From: Leptogorgia sarmentosa
Lineage: Eukaryota
NCBI GenBank assembly: GCA_964658305.1
Contig: OZ210885.1
Location: 5,518,001 to 5,582,000, forward strand
Reading direction: 5' to 3'
Length of the DNA: 64,000 nt
A program made the position numbers and the translations under genes. Shown piece after piece: positions 24,801 to 38,276 of the stretch (positions are counted from its first letter, which is position 1; every line of letters begins with the position of its first letter). The notes under the pieces are model-generated. The model had not been told where the DNA came from and did no database searches. It worked only from the letters and a program-made list of their open reading frames with translations.

Positions 24801-27800
24801 TTCAAGCATGCAATTCGGGTAAAGATTTAAGTAAATTTATTAAATAACCCTGTTGTTTATTTAATTTCTATATCGTTTGTTTTATTTCCCAACGTTTCAA
24901 TCGACATTAATAAATATTATATTGACTGTTTGTTTATTTCTTTTTAAAAGTGCCGCTCGAAGTACCGAATTTAAAACCTGAAGTTGACATTCAATTCGTA
25001 GAGGTTTATGTTTGAATAAATCTTATCTTCAATATATGATCAACAAGTAATCGCATTTGGTCCTCGTAAAATTAAAGTTTAATTTCACCTGTGTTTTCAA
25101 AGTTTCGAATTGACCCTCGTTAGTTCACGACTAAGGCGATTTGTAAATCTTTGAAAACAGGTTGAAATTAAACCTTAGTTTTACTCGGCCACATGCGATT
25201 ACCTATACCAAATTTAATGGCATATTGAATAACAATAAGGTAACTTTTTTAAACTTGATGAATTGTATGAAGAAAATAGATACTATAGATATTTAACTGT
25301 TACACTGACATGAAATATTAAACTAAAAAAATTTGAACATTGGAAAAATTCTCAACTTTCAATTGCCCCGGAAAGATTCCAATTTTTCATGAAATACTGC
25401 AAGCAGGTATACCTGAAAACTTCTTCTGTATATCCTTTCTGCCTGGAATGAACTCGGATAGTTTTCAGTCCTTCCATTGTGTTGGAGAAATGAGAATAGA
25501 CAGGACCTGCTGCCATCAGCATCAGACGTTTTATATCGGTAGATGAAGTAATATAGACACTTCCAATGAAGTAAAATAATGGCATGGAAAGGAGAAATGA
25601 GAGAATCAGCCAGGGATTTGTGATGCTAGCCAACAGTATGGTGGAAACAAGTGGTGCAATATAGGTGAATGTTGCAAAGACATAATAAGGTAATAATTCA
25701 TCCAGGATGTTGATATCTTGAGATAAACGATTTAGAATTCGTCCGACGGGATTTCTTGCGTAAAATGATAAAGGTGCTTTCAAAAGGCACGTGATCATTT
25801 TGTTATGAAGCTGAAAGAACATTCATAATTTAAAATGCGTTTATACAAGTGTTTCGCGTGGTCGTAGCAACCGGGGGCCACGGGGCCCCACTAATGTTCA
25901 GCTTCGGGGAGCCGCCCCCCCCCCCAAAAAAAAATGCTGGATTTCAAAAAAAAAAGTTAAACACGTACTTTAGTCAATTATCTTTCATTTGTATACCCAA
26001 GTCAAGGTCGACTTTTGACTCCGAAATGGTCATTGCTGGCGATCTAGAGACCCTAAATGTTCAACATTTTTTCGCTCGGCGCCAACCATGGTGGCATCTC
26101 GTGAGATTCGGCCCCCCTATTCTGAAAACGTTCCCACGTCCCTGGTTTTTCGCAGATACAATGGTGATTTATGAACTTACTTTTTCAATAAAATTGTTGT
26201 GTTGGATTTTCTTTTCCTGCCACACAACTTATTTCATTAACGAGCTAGTATCATCAATAATTTAGATAAAAAATTTACCACGCACCTGATAGGATGAATT
26301 CATTAGAAGTAAGAAAACGCACACGGTGCCCACGACGGAGAGTAGTACAGCAAAAGTAAGGTAAATGATGTACCAGATGAACATTTGATGGAATTCAGAG
26401 TTTCCATCACCGGCTAACTTTGGAAATTGTGAAGCAATGATGTTTACCAAAACAGTCAAACCTATAAAATTAGAAAACAAAAATTATTTTTTGCTTATAT
26501 TAAATTATTTTTAATTATTATTATATTAACTATAATTAATTAAAGCAGATGATCATGTTTTCTGTGACATGTTTTCATGTGACAAGTTTTATTTGCGCGC
26601 CTTTCAAGTTTTTTAATCAGTATACGGGCACTTGGCACTTTTTAGTGTTGGGGAAAATTTGTTAAATATACTTGGCACTTAATGTAGTTAGTTAGCGGAC
26701 TATCATCATTCTGCTCATTTTGTTTTGTATTAACCAAGTCAGTTTTACTGAAGATCAAGTACACACGTAAGGATGGACAACAAACTTGCCACATAAAAGC
26801 TCATCATCGAAAACTTGCTCGTCTCTAACGTGCGTCTCCAGCCATTTCTGTTTCACACTTAATGGGAGGGTAGGACTATATCTTCCTTCAGTGCAACTTC
26901 CTACTACTGATAGATGTGAACGTCAAGTGAAATCAGTAAGGAATTCTCAGGTGGGAAAACGTGCACATGCGCACATGCGGCACGAGCTTCTTATCCGTTT
27001 ATAACGTAATTTTTTAAAATCTGCTTTGCTCCAATAAATACATGGAGTGGAAAAGTTCAGAAACACATAATGATTGTGATGAGGTTTTAATCATTGTTCC
27101 TGCTGTAGTTGTTATTGGATGAAACTAACCCGGAAGCGCTCTTTACTATTTTCAATAAATAATGACGTTAGGTTTAGGATGATTTGTAGTGTTTGTATTA
27201 GGATAAGAAGACGTAACGGCAACGAATTAACGTCCGCACGTTAGTCATCCCTGTTGTACGTTGTTGATTATCACCAACCTGCACCAGAAAAAAACAGCAC
27301 GGGGACAAGAAGAATGACAAATGGGGATGCTCCATGAAGTAAATGTTTCAAGTAAACTTTTGGAGAAACAATTCCACTTTTTCTATCTTCCTCTTCTTCT
27401 TGAAGATTAACGCCTTCCACGGACTCTCCATTATCAGCCCATATTTCTCGTTGGTTGTCATCCTTTACACTGGCGTCAAAAACTGATTCATCAAGTGGAA
27501 GCGTAGTTTTAAAGGTTTCAAAATTTCCTTGAAAGGCAATTACTCCTCCTTCTCCTAACTGGACAATACGATCAGCCGTTGGATGATATTTTGTCGCATG
27601 TGTTGTCAACAGAACAATCCGACCAGATAATAATCCTTGCATACAATCTCTACATTAATAAAATCACAGTATCATTAACCAAGTATAGTACGCTATTACA
27701 AATTCTGCATTCTGATTGTCTGACCAAATTATTGACATATATAATTTTGTTCCAGGCAAAGGAATAAAATCTGGTACCAAGTTTAGAGAGGTGCATGATA

Positions 27801-28229
27801 AAATTAGTACATTCATTACGCGTGCCAAATATTACCACTTTTCAGCAGGAAGTGGGAAAAAATTCAGCACATAAATATAATAGCAAAAAAAAATTCGGGT
27901 AATTCACACGGCTATATTTTCTGCATTTTAAAACATCCTGAGCAGAAACTTGGCAAAGTGTACTAATGCCGGCTGAAATTTTTGTTCTGATCCAGCAATG
28001 GTAACAGTTTTCATTTGTATTGCCTAATCAGTATAGAATTTATTTTAGATTTATCGCAGGAATCACGTGCACTCATTGAATTTGTGTATTGTAAAGGTAG
28101 TTTTACCAAGGACCAGCGTTGAGAACGGAAATAACGCACTAAGACTTAACCCACTAACCTGAAGACATTTTCAGCGACATTGATGTCCAAAGAGCTCAGA
28201 GGATCATCCAATAAATATATATCAGCTTC

Positions 28230-31200
28230 GGGAGTATCTAAATGGCGCGGGTCGCGGGTCGCGGGTAAATGGCGCGGGGCGCGGGTAAAGGGCGCGGGTA
28301 AAAGGCGCGGGTAAAAGGCGCGGGTAAAGGGCGCGGGTAAAAGGCGCGAGTAAATATTTCTTGGATCAACGTGTTTTGATTATCTGATTTGTGCGACTAA
28401 GTTCGCGACATAAAATCTAAAACTAAAAATGAATGAATGCCTCTTTGAAAAACTAAAGATGCCTCTTTGAAAAACCCTAAGGCTCCGTCAATTTGCAAGA
28501 GACCGTCGCGAAACTTCACACAATGATTTACTAGCAACTCTAGATTGTAGCATGCAGTACAAATCTTCATACTATTAATATAGATTAATTCATGCAGTAG
28601 AGTGCGCCAGTTCCTGGTCCGATAGTACATGTACGATCGTATACTTGTTTGTCAGGAAAGTACTTTTTTATTCAGCAAATGCTAAAAAGTTAGCAAGAAA
28701 CTAAAAACAGAAACAAATGCATAATAATATAGTCCAAAGGAAAAATTCCCTTCCTACGATGATACCACTACATCAGAAAGTTAGCAAGTGGTAACTCAGA
28801 CTGACTTTGTAAGTGTTCTAGCTCTGCAGATGTAATAGAACCATGAACAGTAATTGCAGTCGGTGGATCTAGATTAATCCATAGAGGGATCCGCTTGACA
28901 CAATCGGCATCGGGGCAAAAGTAAAATGTTGTCTCAACAACAAAGTTTTGTTCATATGGCACATACAATCCCACGACTGAGATGGTGAGATCACCATCAA
29001 ATTGTTCTTTTCTGCACCCTCTACATCGTGGAACTGTTCCTTTTCGTTTTTCTTTCCTTTTTAGCAACCATACTTTTGGTTTTCCATTTCTGGTATCATT
29101 CGCCAACAGTTTCTTTACCATTTCGTGTCTGCTTTGTTGACTACTACCGGGGATATACTTAAGGTGATTTGGGATTGGTTGAGTGTTACTAAAAATTTCT
29201 GATAATTCCATTTCTGTGAGAAATACTTGCTGCAATAGCTCACTTTCTTCAGGAATTTCACAGATATTAAGCAGAACCCAAATTACGTGTTTACACAATT
29301 CTTTTCCTTCACTCTTAACGTAATCTAGACATTGACATGAATGTTTTTTTGCAATTGTTGTTTTATAAATGGCCGATGAGCCACTTACCAACACATACGA
29401 TCTTTCTAAATTTGAAATTTCACTTAAATGTTTTATTTTAAAACGATTTTGCTCGAGTTTGGCTTTTTCTAATCGGTCCAAGAAGTGCCTGCTACGTGTT
29501 GACCTGAATCTACCGTTTCTCTCCCCATCCATTCGTCGTGGTCCTCGTCCAACAGTAGCATTGTGCCGATCGTGTGCATTGGTGCCTGAAGCTTGATTTG
29601 CAATGTCAAAAAATTGGACCCTGTCAGTATCAGTAATGTCTTCTCGTGTAAGCTCACGGCCAAGAGTATGGGCTCTGTTAAGTTGGTTTGCCCTATTTTT
29701 TTTAGTTTGACTATGAATACTAGGACCCTTTCCACCTTTCCCCGAGCCATTTTCAAAGGCCTTATATTCTACCTCTAGTTGAATATTGTCACGTACGTCT
29801 GCCTGTGCAGTATCGAAAAGAGAAAGATTTATCCGGTCTCTCTTGACCCAACTTGCGTGTATGGTCTCCGCTTGGTTCATTTTTGAAGCACCTTGCATAG
29901 TAGGCAGAAATGCAGGGAAAATAAGGCCACGTCGTTTATCCCACCAGTCAAACCAGGTCATTAAAAATGACAATTTTCCGTCTCCAGACATAAAATTCAT
30001 TATATCCTCCTTTGCCGCTTCGTAGCCCACTGGGCTTTCAGCTTTGAGCAGAGCATCGCAAAGTCTCTTAAACTGAGATCTTACATCTTCGTCCAGCTTT
30101 CGTGCTTGTCGGTTTCTACACTCTTTAAAGTGAAACTCGCAAGTTTTCACACGCTCTAAGGCAGATGTACCATAAACTTTCTTGATACCTTCCAGGTTGG
30201 CTCCAGCCATGTCTGTAATCCAGCCACGGGGGTTGAAAGTATAGTTGGGATCGCTTTTCTCTTTTTGTATGACTTCATTAAAAGTACTCCAGAACAGTTC
30301 AATGTTTGATGTGTTCTCTCCACTGCATTCCATTGTGGCCAACGGAACAAGTTTTCGTAAGATGGGATGATAAACACTTGCAGTGAGAGAAACAAAACCC
30401 ATGCATCTTTTGACTTTTCCGTCAAAATAACAAAATTCTTTACTTAATCTGTGTTCCCCTGTACGATCCATGTTCAGTGCAAATTTCATTTTGAGTTTGC
30501 TAGTCTTGAAAACAAAGGACTCTTTACCACACTGACCACCATAGCTCAACTTGTATATGTAGTATGGATCGCGGTTGTCCGTGTTTTGTTTAAAATGGGC
30601 CACTGCCTCAAAGTCATGACCATGTGGCTCATAATCTTTCTTTAACTTTTGTTTCTCGTTGGAAATCCATTTACTGTCACGGACAGACGTAGCAGCTTGC
30701 TCGACGGTAGACCAGTCACAACCTTGCCTAATTTTGGCTAAAATTACACTGCTTTGTATTTGCGAGGGAGTTGAGTTAGGGTTTTCAATGATTTTGCGTT
30801 GGACATCGTCAGTTGCACGAGGAATCACGGGTTTATATGCGCAAGTGTGTTCTCCACAGTGGTAAATAGAAACTTTTGATGTAGATTTCACAATGTATTT
30901 CCTGGCTGAGCATGGGATATATTCTCCTTTTGCACCACATACACTGCAAAGGTTGCGTTTCTTGTCAAACTGAGTTTTATTGACGACACCATACTCCTTT
31001 TGAAAATCGCAATTCTTATTCATACATTGAAGTGAACCCCAGCAGTTGGCATACCTGACCTTGTTATACCCTTTCCATTGCGTTTCTGAAGCTTTTTTCC
31101 AACATCGACCATCTCGTATGAGCGGGAGGTAATCGCCCGATTTTGGCATATTAATCTCATATCGTCTCAGACCATTGATGTTTTCCGGGACTCTTTCTAC

Positions 31201-34200
31201 ACTTTCTGTTTGAACACGTCTCCATAAATAAGGTCCGATTTTTCTTTGTGATTTTTTTCTATCGTCATCATCACTGCTGTTGGATCCACTTGAAATGGAA
31301 CTACTGCTACATATGCAAAAAATTATAAGACAGTTGACACACAGTTATACTACAATACATGATATACCGTATGTATACAATCATATACTGTATATAAATA
31401 CACTCCACACCATGGTGTAACAGTGCTGGAGATTTACATTATTCAAGAATATATTAAACAAAATGTATCTGGAGTACTGTGCCTAATGCACCAGTTTTAG
31501 ACACACAGCGTTGTTACTGTATACAGTACTAAAAGCTGGCCAGGATTGTAACAACCAATAAGGACACATATTAAATCATTTTACGCCTACCTTTCTGGAG
31601 ATCCGGTTTGATGAGTGAAATCGTCTTGTCTTAGTCAGAATTAAAAAAATATAAAAAAATCAGTATATGGGACTGAAAGCGAAAAGGGTTACTATACAGA
31701 TAATCCTTTAGGAAGCCACATGAGTTTTGGTGGCATTGGACTGAGTGCCCAGCCAAAATTAACATACTGGACATTATTACCTTTTCTTCTTCTTTTTTGT
31801 CAATTTACTGCTCTTATGCTGATTTAATTTCTGTTTCTTGACAATGGGTTGCAATGGCACCTGGTCACCACCTGACTTGACTGAAACAGCACTGTAGGTT
31901 GGCTTTTCTTCATTATCCGAATCCAGTTGCATTTTCGTGGACTAAAATATAAAGTACATTGAATGTTCCAAACAGCACAAATGCATATACAATAGTACAC
32001 ATGTTCCAGGAAATACTTATTAGATTTGGAACACTGTCCAACATGATATTGACTTCCTGAGAAAATACTTATTAGTTGACATAACTGTATAATACCCCAC
32101 ACAGTAAAGATAAATGCATGTATCATGTATGCATTTTTAAATATTACAAATAAATTATTATATAGTTTAGCTAAAATATTGTACTCCTACTTACCTCATT
32201 TTTTCTATTCGCAACAGCTTTGCTTGTTTCAGTTAGGTCGTATTTAATTCCTTTAAAAATGCTTATTCCAGGATTGTAGTCATTATCATCATACCAATCT
32301 GAAACATGATTTTCGGGTTTTCCTTTGGTGTTTGTACTGCAAGTAACCTGAAAGACAAAATAAATTTTAACTTTTCAACTCTGGAAGTGGAAAGCAACAC
32401 TCAAGGTACAGTACCTGCCCCAGATTCCATATAATATACTGTAGCATTGTACATTACTACATTTAAGTTTTCATTATTACTGGCGCTAATATGTGAGGTT
32501 TCATAATTATATTTTGAGATAATTATTTCTAGACAGTCTTAATAGATTTGGGTCACCTTTTCAGCTGTACAGTTTTTTTTCTTTGGGGATAAGCAATTAA
32601 AATCAGAATCTGAAGATATTTCCAGTACTTCTTTTTGTTCTCGTATGCCACCATCTCCCTATATTAAATTTAAAACGTTCAGACGATTAACTGATTAAGG
32701 ACAACACATATTCATCTTGTCTGTGTGTGATTTCCAACCACCTGATCATCTATGTGCAGCTCGACTTATAGTGTATACCACCACCAAGTGCTGTTTTAAC
32801 TACGCAACTAACTGTACTACAATTGTTTGTATTATTTGTCTCACCTTTTCAGCTCTAAATTTTTTCTTCTGTGGGGATAAATAATTAAAATCAGAATCTG
32901 AAGATATTTCGAGTACTTCCTTTTCTTCTTGTATGCCACCATCTGCCTATGAAACGTAATTAGCAAACACATACATAATATGCAATTAGTTAACCATTTG
33001 ACAGCTAAACGTTCCCTCTAATTGACAAGTACAGTACAGTAAAGTACTGCATGTTAAGTGTAATCAAAAGGGTGGGTCTTGTGTGGCATACAGGGAATTG
33101 ATATATTTATACCATCATTGAGAGTCTACATTTAATGTATGTAACAAATTACTGTAAGGAAAAAGATGACAACTGGACATATTATCAGAATACATTACAA
33201 GTGTGAAACATAAATGACTGAAAAAAAGACAATAAGAATACATAATGATAAGAAATTTTAATGTAACAAAGAAAATGGCCTTTTTTTGACTTTCCATCAA
33301 AAGAAATCTATTCACTTTCCTTAACAGTTTTCAACTGTAGTACATAAAATGTACATCAGACCTGACAGCTTTTTCATTACAGTCAATTCTACTGGTTAGA
33401 AACATGTTTCTGTATCTTCTTACACTTTAAAAGAGCATTCAGTGACATACTGCAACAAGAGATGTTTAATGTACACATGTGCTTACCATTTTCCCTTTTT
33501 CCTTTAACAGCATGTAGTGGTCACCAGTATAACCTAGATATACCCAGTTAGCATTTGGTTGTGGTCCAGATTTAGATATGGTCACATTCTAAATAAATTA
33601 TAAGAGAATAAGCTGTACTGTATTTAATCAATATATTCATGTTTTATTTTTATTTTTTCATTTTCATTTTACAGTAGCAACTTTATTAGAGGGAGTGGTG
33701 CAAATGAGACACGGGGTGCCATGCAAGGCACTTTACCATTACACAATTACAAAACATTACAAGACATTACATTAAGTTAACATAACATAACATGAATACA
33801 CATTAAGCTATGCATTTGTTTTGTAATTATCATGATAATAATGCTAACTATACAAAGCCCCATTAAATAAACACAAAAAATTACCCCTTGCCAGTCAATT
33901 ATTCTTATTTCCAGGCGAAAGAGGAACGCTGATACAGCAATTACCGCATGCGTTGTCATTTCATTGCGCAACGCTTTCACAGTGTCGTGCCAAGAAAAAG
34001 GTCTTTTATTCCCCGTGGAAGGGAAATCCGCGTCTGATAGAAAATTATGCAGATCTGTTTCGACAATTTCACCACGCTGTTAAAAGGAAGAATATATAAT
34101 AAGTACAGTAGTTACGAAACCAGCAACCAGGTGACGTCTTTGATATTTATGATTATTAAAATACCTCATTCTGAATGGGGATGATCTGGTTTTCCATCAT

Positions 34201-34720
34201 GAAAGTTTCCAACATGTATATAATATCATCTTCGTCCATATGCAAAAATTTTGCGAGACACCTATAGAAGCAACGGTTTGCTGTACCAGGCGGGTCGTAG
34301 TGCAAAAGAAAACCTTGTTTTGAGGCCTCTACCAAGCATGAAATCCTTCTACTTGTCATCTGTCGAAAAATTTGCATAGCATCATTTAGTACTGTTGAAT
34401 AATTCATTGAAATAGTCAGCAAATCTAACAATCGTCATTGAAATACATGATCAAACATCTTTGAACATACCTTGACAATCGCCAACGACTATTACTGACG
34501 ACGAAAAAGCAACGATTGCAATAAATTTGGAAGGATGCTTAATACTTGGAACTTTACTTCGCAAAATACAACGAGGAAGAGGTTAAATGTTAAGACTACC
34601 GGTGAAAAGATTCCCAGGAATATTTACCCGCGCCTTTACCCGCGCCTTTTACCCGCGCCCTTTACCCGCGCCCCGCGCCATTTACCCGCGACCCGCGACC
34701 CGCGCCATTTAGATACTCCC
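28230..34720 (-). mobile_element. Mutator/MULE transposon copy 2 (6491 bp), inverted relative to copy 1, no TSD
   Basis: Maps to copy 1 as position = 37260 - p. Identical ORF translations in the track. One fewer 12-bp TIR unit. Flanks ATCAGCTTC and GTACGCTGA do not match each other. Confidence 0.95.
28768..34359 (-). CDS. OTU-like/GCM-like/MULE/SWIM transposase, copy 2
   Basis: Exons 34165-34359, 33885-34076, 33487-33588, 32845-32946, 32557-32658, 32195-32347, 31781-31941 and 28768-31306 mirror copy 1; the 793-aa ORF is identical. Confidence 0.8.
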
Positions 34721-36963
34721 GTACGCTGACCACCACTCACAGTCGCACTATTTTCTCCAATACGTGTTAAATCATGTTCTGGCAAATTATCAAAATCCTT
34801 TTCCAACTGACATGCCTTGATTATCTTGTTGTATTTACTCTCGTTGTATGGTAAACCAAACACGATGTTCTCACGAATAGTTCCGGGAAAAACCCAAGGC
34901 GAGTCCGAGACATAGCCTAATTTACCAAAATAGTTGACTGAGCCATTGGTAACCAGCAACTCTCCCAGGATTGCTTTCAAAAGCGATGATTTTCCACTGC
35001 CAACAGGACCACATATGACCACCAATTCAGGAGAAGCAACTCCAAGGCTGATGTTTTTTAATAATGGTGAACCTTCTCTGTTTTTATTTGACGACTGGGA
35101 AGAACGGCTTATTTTGGAAGGAAGGTGACATGTTACGCCTTGTAAACTCAGTAGCGGGGAAGCATTAGACGTGGTTGCTTTTTTTGTGGCTGACAAATTG
35201 ATATTTTGATCATCCCAGTTTTTTGTCGATTCTTCCAGTGAAAATTCAGTTGCTTTGAGAAATATTTCGATGCGCTGAAGAGCAGAACGAACGTCGTTGA
35301 ATAATTGTACGGCTACCGGAATGTTAAAGTTAAAAGATAAAGATATAATTCCGAAGAGGTATATCAAGGCAAAGAAATTTAAATAACACATGTCGTTTCC
35401 TTTCGTGGCTATCAATATGCACACTGTAATGAAGGTTGCCAAACTTTGACCGCAAGTCGCAAATGAGTAACATATCAAGGAAATAATCCAACGTTTGGTC
35501 TTAAGTTTCACTTCCTCCCTGGAAAAAAAAGAAATGTTCACGATTTTAGAAATTTGGTTAAAATGTCAAACCCAAGGCTTAAGGCAAGATCGATGGAAAT
35601 GAAGTAGCCAAGGTCTTACAACCTTGATGCGTGGCCTGTTATATAAGTTCAAATATAATTATTCAGGTCAAATGATTCAAAGTGAGGTTTTGCTCCAGTT
35701 TCTGAAGCATTTTCTTGATATAAATAATTCTGGGCATAGAGTGTATACTAAAACAATTAGACAACTTGGCCTCGTACGCGTTGTATAATTGTTAAATAGT
35801 TTTTTCCCATTTTCAGTTTCATGGGAGATGTATTGAATCAGTTAAGGATCTCAACAATAACCCGAGTTATCATGAACCTATTTCGTTCAAACTAGTTATA
35901 CTTTTACCATCGTGTTTTCTGTATTTTCTCTTCAAAGATCGTTCCCCAACCGTTCACTTTAACAGACTGTATCGCAGTCAGCGTTTCCCTTATATAACCA
36001 AGACGTTTATCTGACACTTCAGAAGCTTTCTTGCGTAAATTATAGTCAGTTTTACTGAAGAGCAAACGCACTACAACAAGCGCCAACAAAAATATGGTTC
36101 CAGGTATGATCTCCCAGCCAATGAAGTAAAGTAACCAAGCTATCATGCTTGTGGAGGTGAATAAATGACGAACACCAAAAGGAATGAACCATTCACCACT
36201 GGTGACCAGTCTTTGTGAATCATTGCATATTAGTTCCATCACTTGGCCACTGTCAATGGACATTTTACGGAGTTTGAGAACCTGAAATAATTATCAGTGG
36301 TTCAAAAATCGAATTAAAAACTTGAGATAGAACAAGACTTCATATTCGAAAGATGTCGTTGCCATTGTTTTTGAAATATTCGAATCCACTCACCTTCTTA
36401 TACACCAAACCTAAGACTCCTGACTTGGCTTTGTTCCCTAGTCTTGCACCATGAACATTGAAAAGAGCAATTGTAATTAATTCCATCAAGAATCCTAAAA
36501 TTATTCCATAAACATATACCATGGCGTCTTCAATAAATCGAATATTATCCTTGGTTTCTTCAGAATTAAAATCATTGGCGAGTTGCAATAGACAAATAAG
36601 TGAATAGGAGGAAATATTTATTCCTGTGATGATAACCAGCAAAGTCACGACGAAAGTCATATAGTCTTGGACACTGAAATAACGTAGCATTGCTTTCCAT
36701 AATTTTGAGGCTCGGTTATCTATAAAAGATGACGAAGTTTGTGATTGACCTCATTAGAATCATTTCGTTAATTAAACTGACAAAAATTAACGCAGTTTCG
36801 TATCCTTCGTTTTAGCCTTTGGTAATTAATAAAACTATGATACTTTAATACTTAAAAGATAGAAAACTTTCCCTGTCGAAATTGGGTGAACAGACTTGCC
36901 CTTCGTGCTCGTGTTCCTACGGAATTTCTCGTTTCTCCCAAATTTCCACGCGTGTTTCTATTT

Positions 36964-37070
36964 AACAATTAGATTACGAGCTCGAGATTTCTATGAGGTG
37001 ATAGTTGATGAGGGCGAAGCCCGAATCAACTATCATCTCGTAGAAATCGAGAGCGAGTAATCTAATTGTT
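36964..37070 (+). repeat. Hairpin element with GCGAAGC core, in an ABCC intron
   Basis: aacaattagattacgagctcgagatttcta..gatagttgatgagggcGAAgcccgaatcaactatc..tagaaatcgagagcgagtaatctaattgtt. Confidence 0.8.
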
Positions 37071-38141
37071 TTAGTAGAATCAGAGATCAAACATGAAAAT
37101 ATTGTAAAAAATAATTTAAAAACACGTCTCAGAAGACATTTTCTTGAACGAAAATTCATATATTTTGCTACTCGCTATCTATCGAGGAATAGATATCGAG
37201 TAGAGTAGCCAATCAAATTGCAGCATTTGCAATAGTATACGAGTATGATTCTACTAAAACTCTATAGAAACACGGAAATGCTCTTCACGTAAATCACGGA
37301 AATGTTATAGAAACACAGTTTTTTTGAAAACCAATCAACGCCCGTGATTTTAAATAGGTATTTTCTAATATATTATAATTAATACTTCTTTTTTTTATTA
37401 ATAAAATTTATGACATTGAATTTATGAAATTGGTTCATTTTATTGATAATAATTATAACCAATAAAGATTGGTTATTTGCCGTGGCATTAACGGGAAATT
37501 CCTACCGGTCAGCAGCCAATCAAATCAAATGGCCATGTTTAACTCCCTATCACCGTAATTATCAGCGCAACTATAGCAGCGCAATACGTCCGCCAACCTT
37601 TATACAGTTTACAGGGCAGAAAAATGGCAGACAGCCAGCCAGTTCAGCATTTCTATTAGTCCGAAGATGCTATCGATCCATAAAACTTTTGCCACCGAAA
37701 AAAATAATTCTTTGTTCTTTCGCGCCGTCAGTGAAAGTTCTGACAAAAGTTGAACATTTTCAACAACTAGATGAATGTAAAAATATGATTTCCTTGTCTA
37801 TTTTTTTTCGCCAGCGGAGGCGAAATAATGGAATGGAAAACGAGTTAAAGTCAAGCGTAATGCATTATGCATGACGAACCAAACTGCAATAAAGTTTCCA
37901 ACATATATTATACCTCAAATTCAAATTGTCCAATGAAAAAACAGCATTTGTACCACGTGATAGTGTGATTTTTTACGGTATTTCCCTCGATTTGACCTTG
38001 GGAGGGTAATTCCACTTTATATTCCCCTCTACTTGGACTTTGACCTCCTGCCTGGCCTGTTTTGCGGGCAATTTCCTTGTCAACATGGCCGACAAAACAC
38101 AGAATGTGTCGAAGATGAAAAATTTTCGGTATAATATATCT

Positions 38142-38276
38142 GTTATCGACCTTTCACTCGGGGTATTCCACAAAAAAATACCCCTCGGAATGAAATATTC
38201 CTCGGGCTGCGCCCTCGGAATATTTCATTCCTCAGGGTATTTTTTTGTGGAATACCCCTCGTTCCAGGTCGATAAC
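38142..38276 (-). repeat. Hairpin element (GCA loop on the minus strand)
   Basis: Minus-strand centre ttcCGAGggcGCAgccCGAGgaa with long arms. Confidence 0.8.

Noticed and set aside
9031..28229. Existing inversion between the two transposon copies to explain the missing TSD
   Set aside because: Copy 1 retains a matched TSD, and both PRDM9 and ABCC exons are collinear across the elements.
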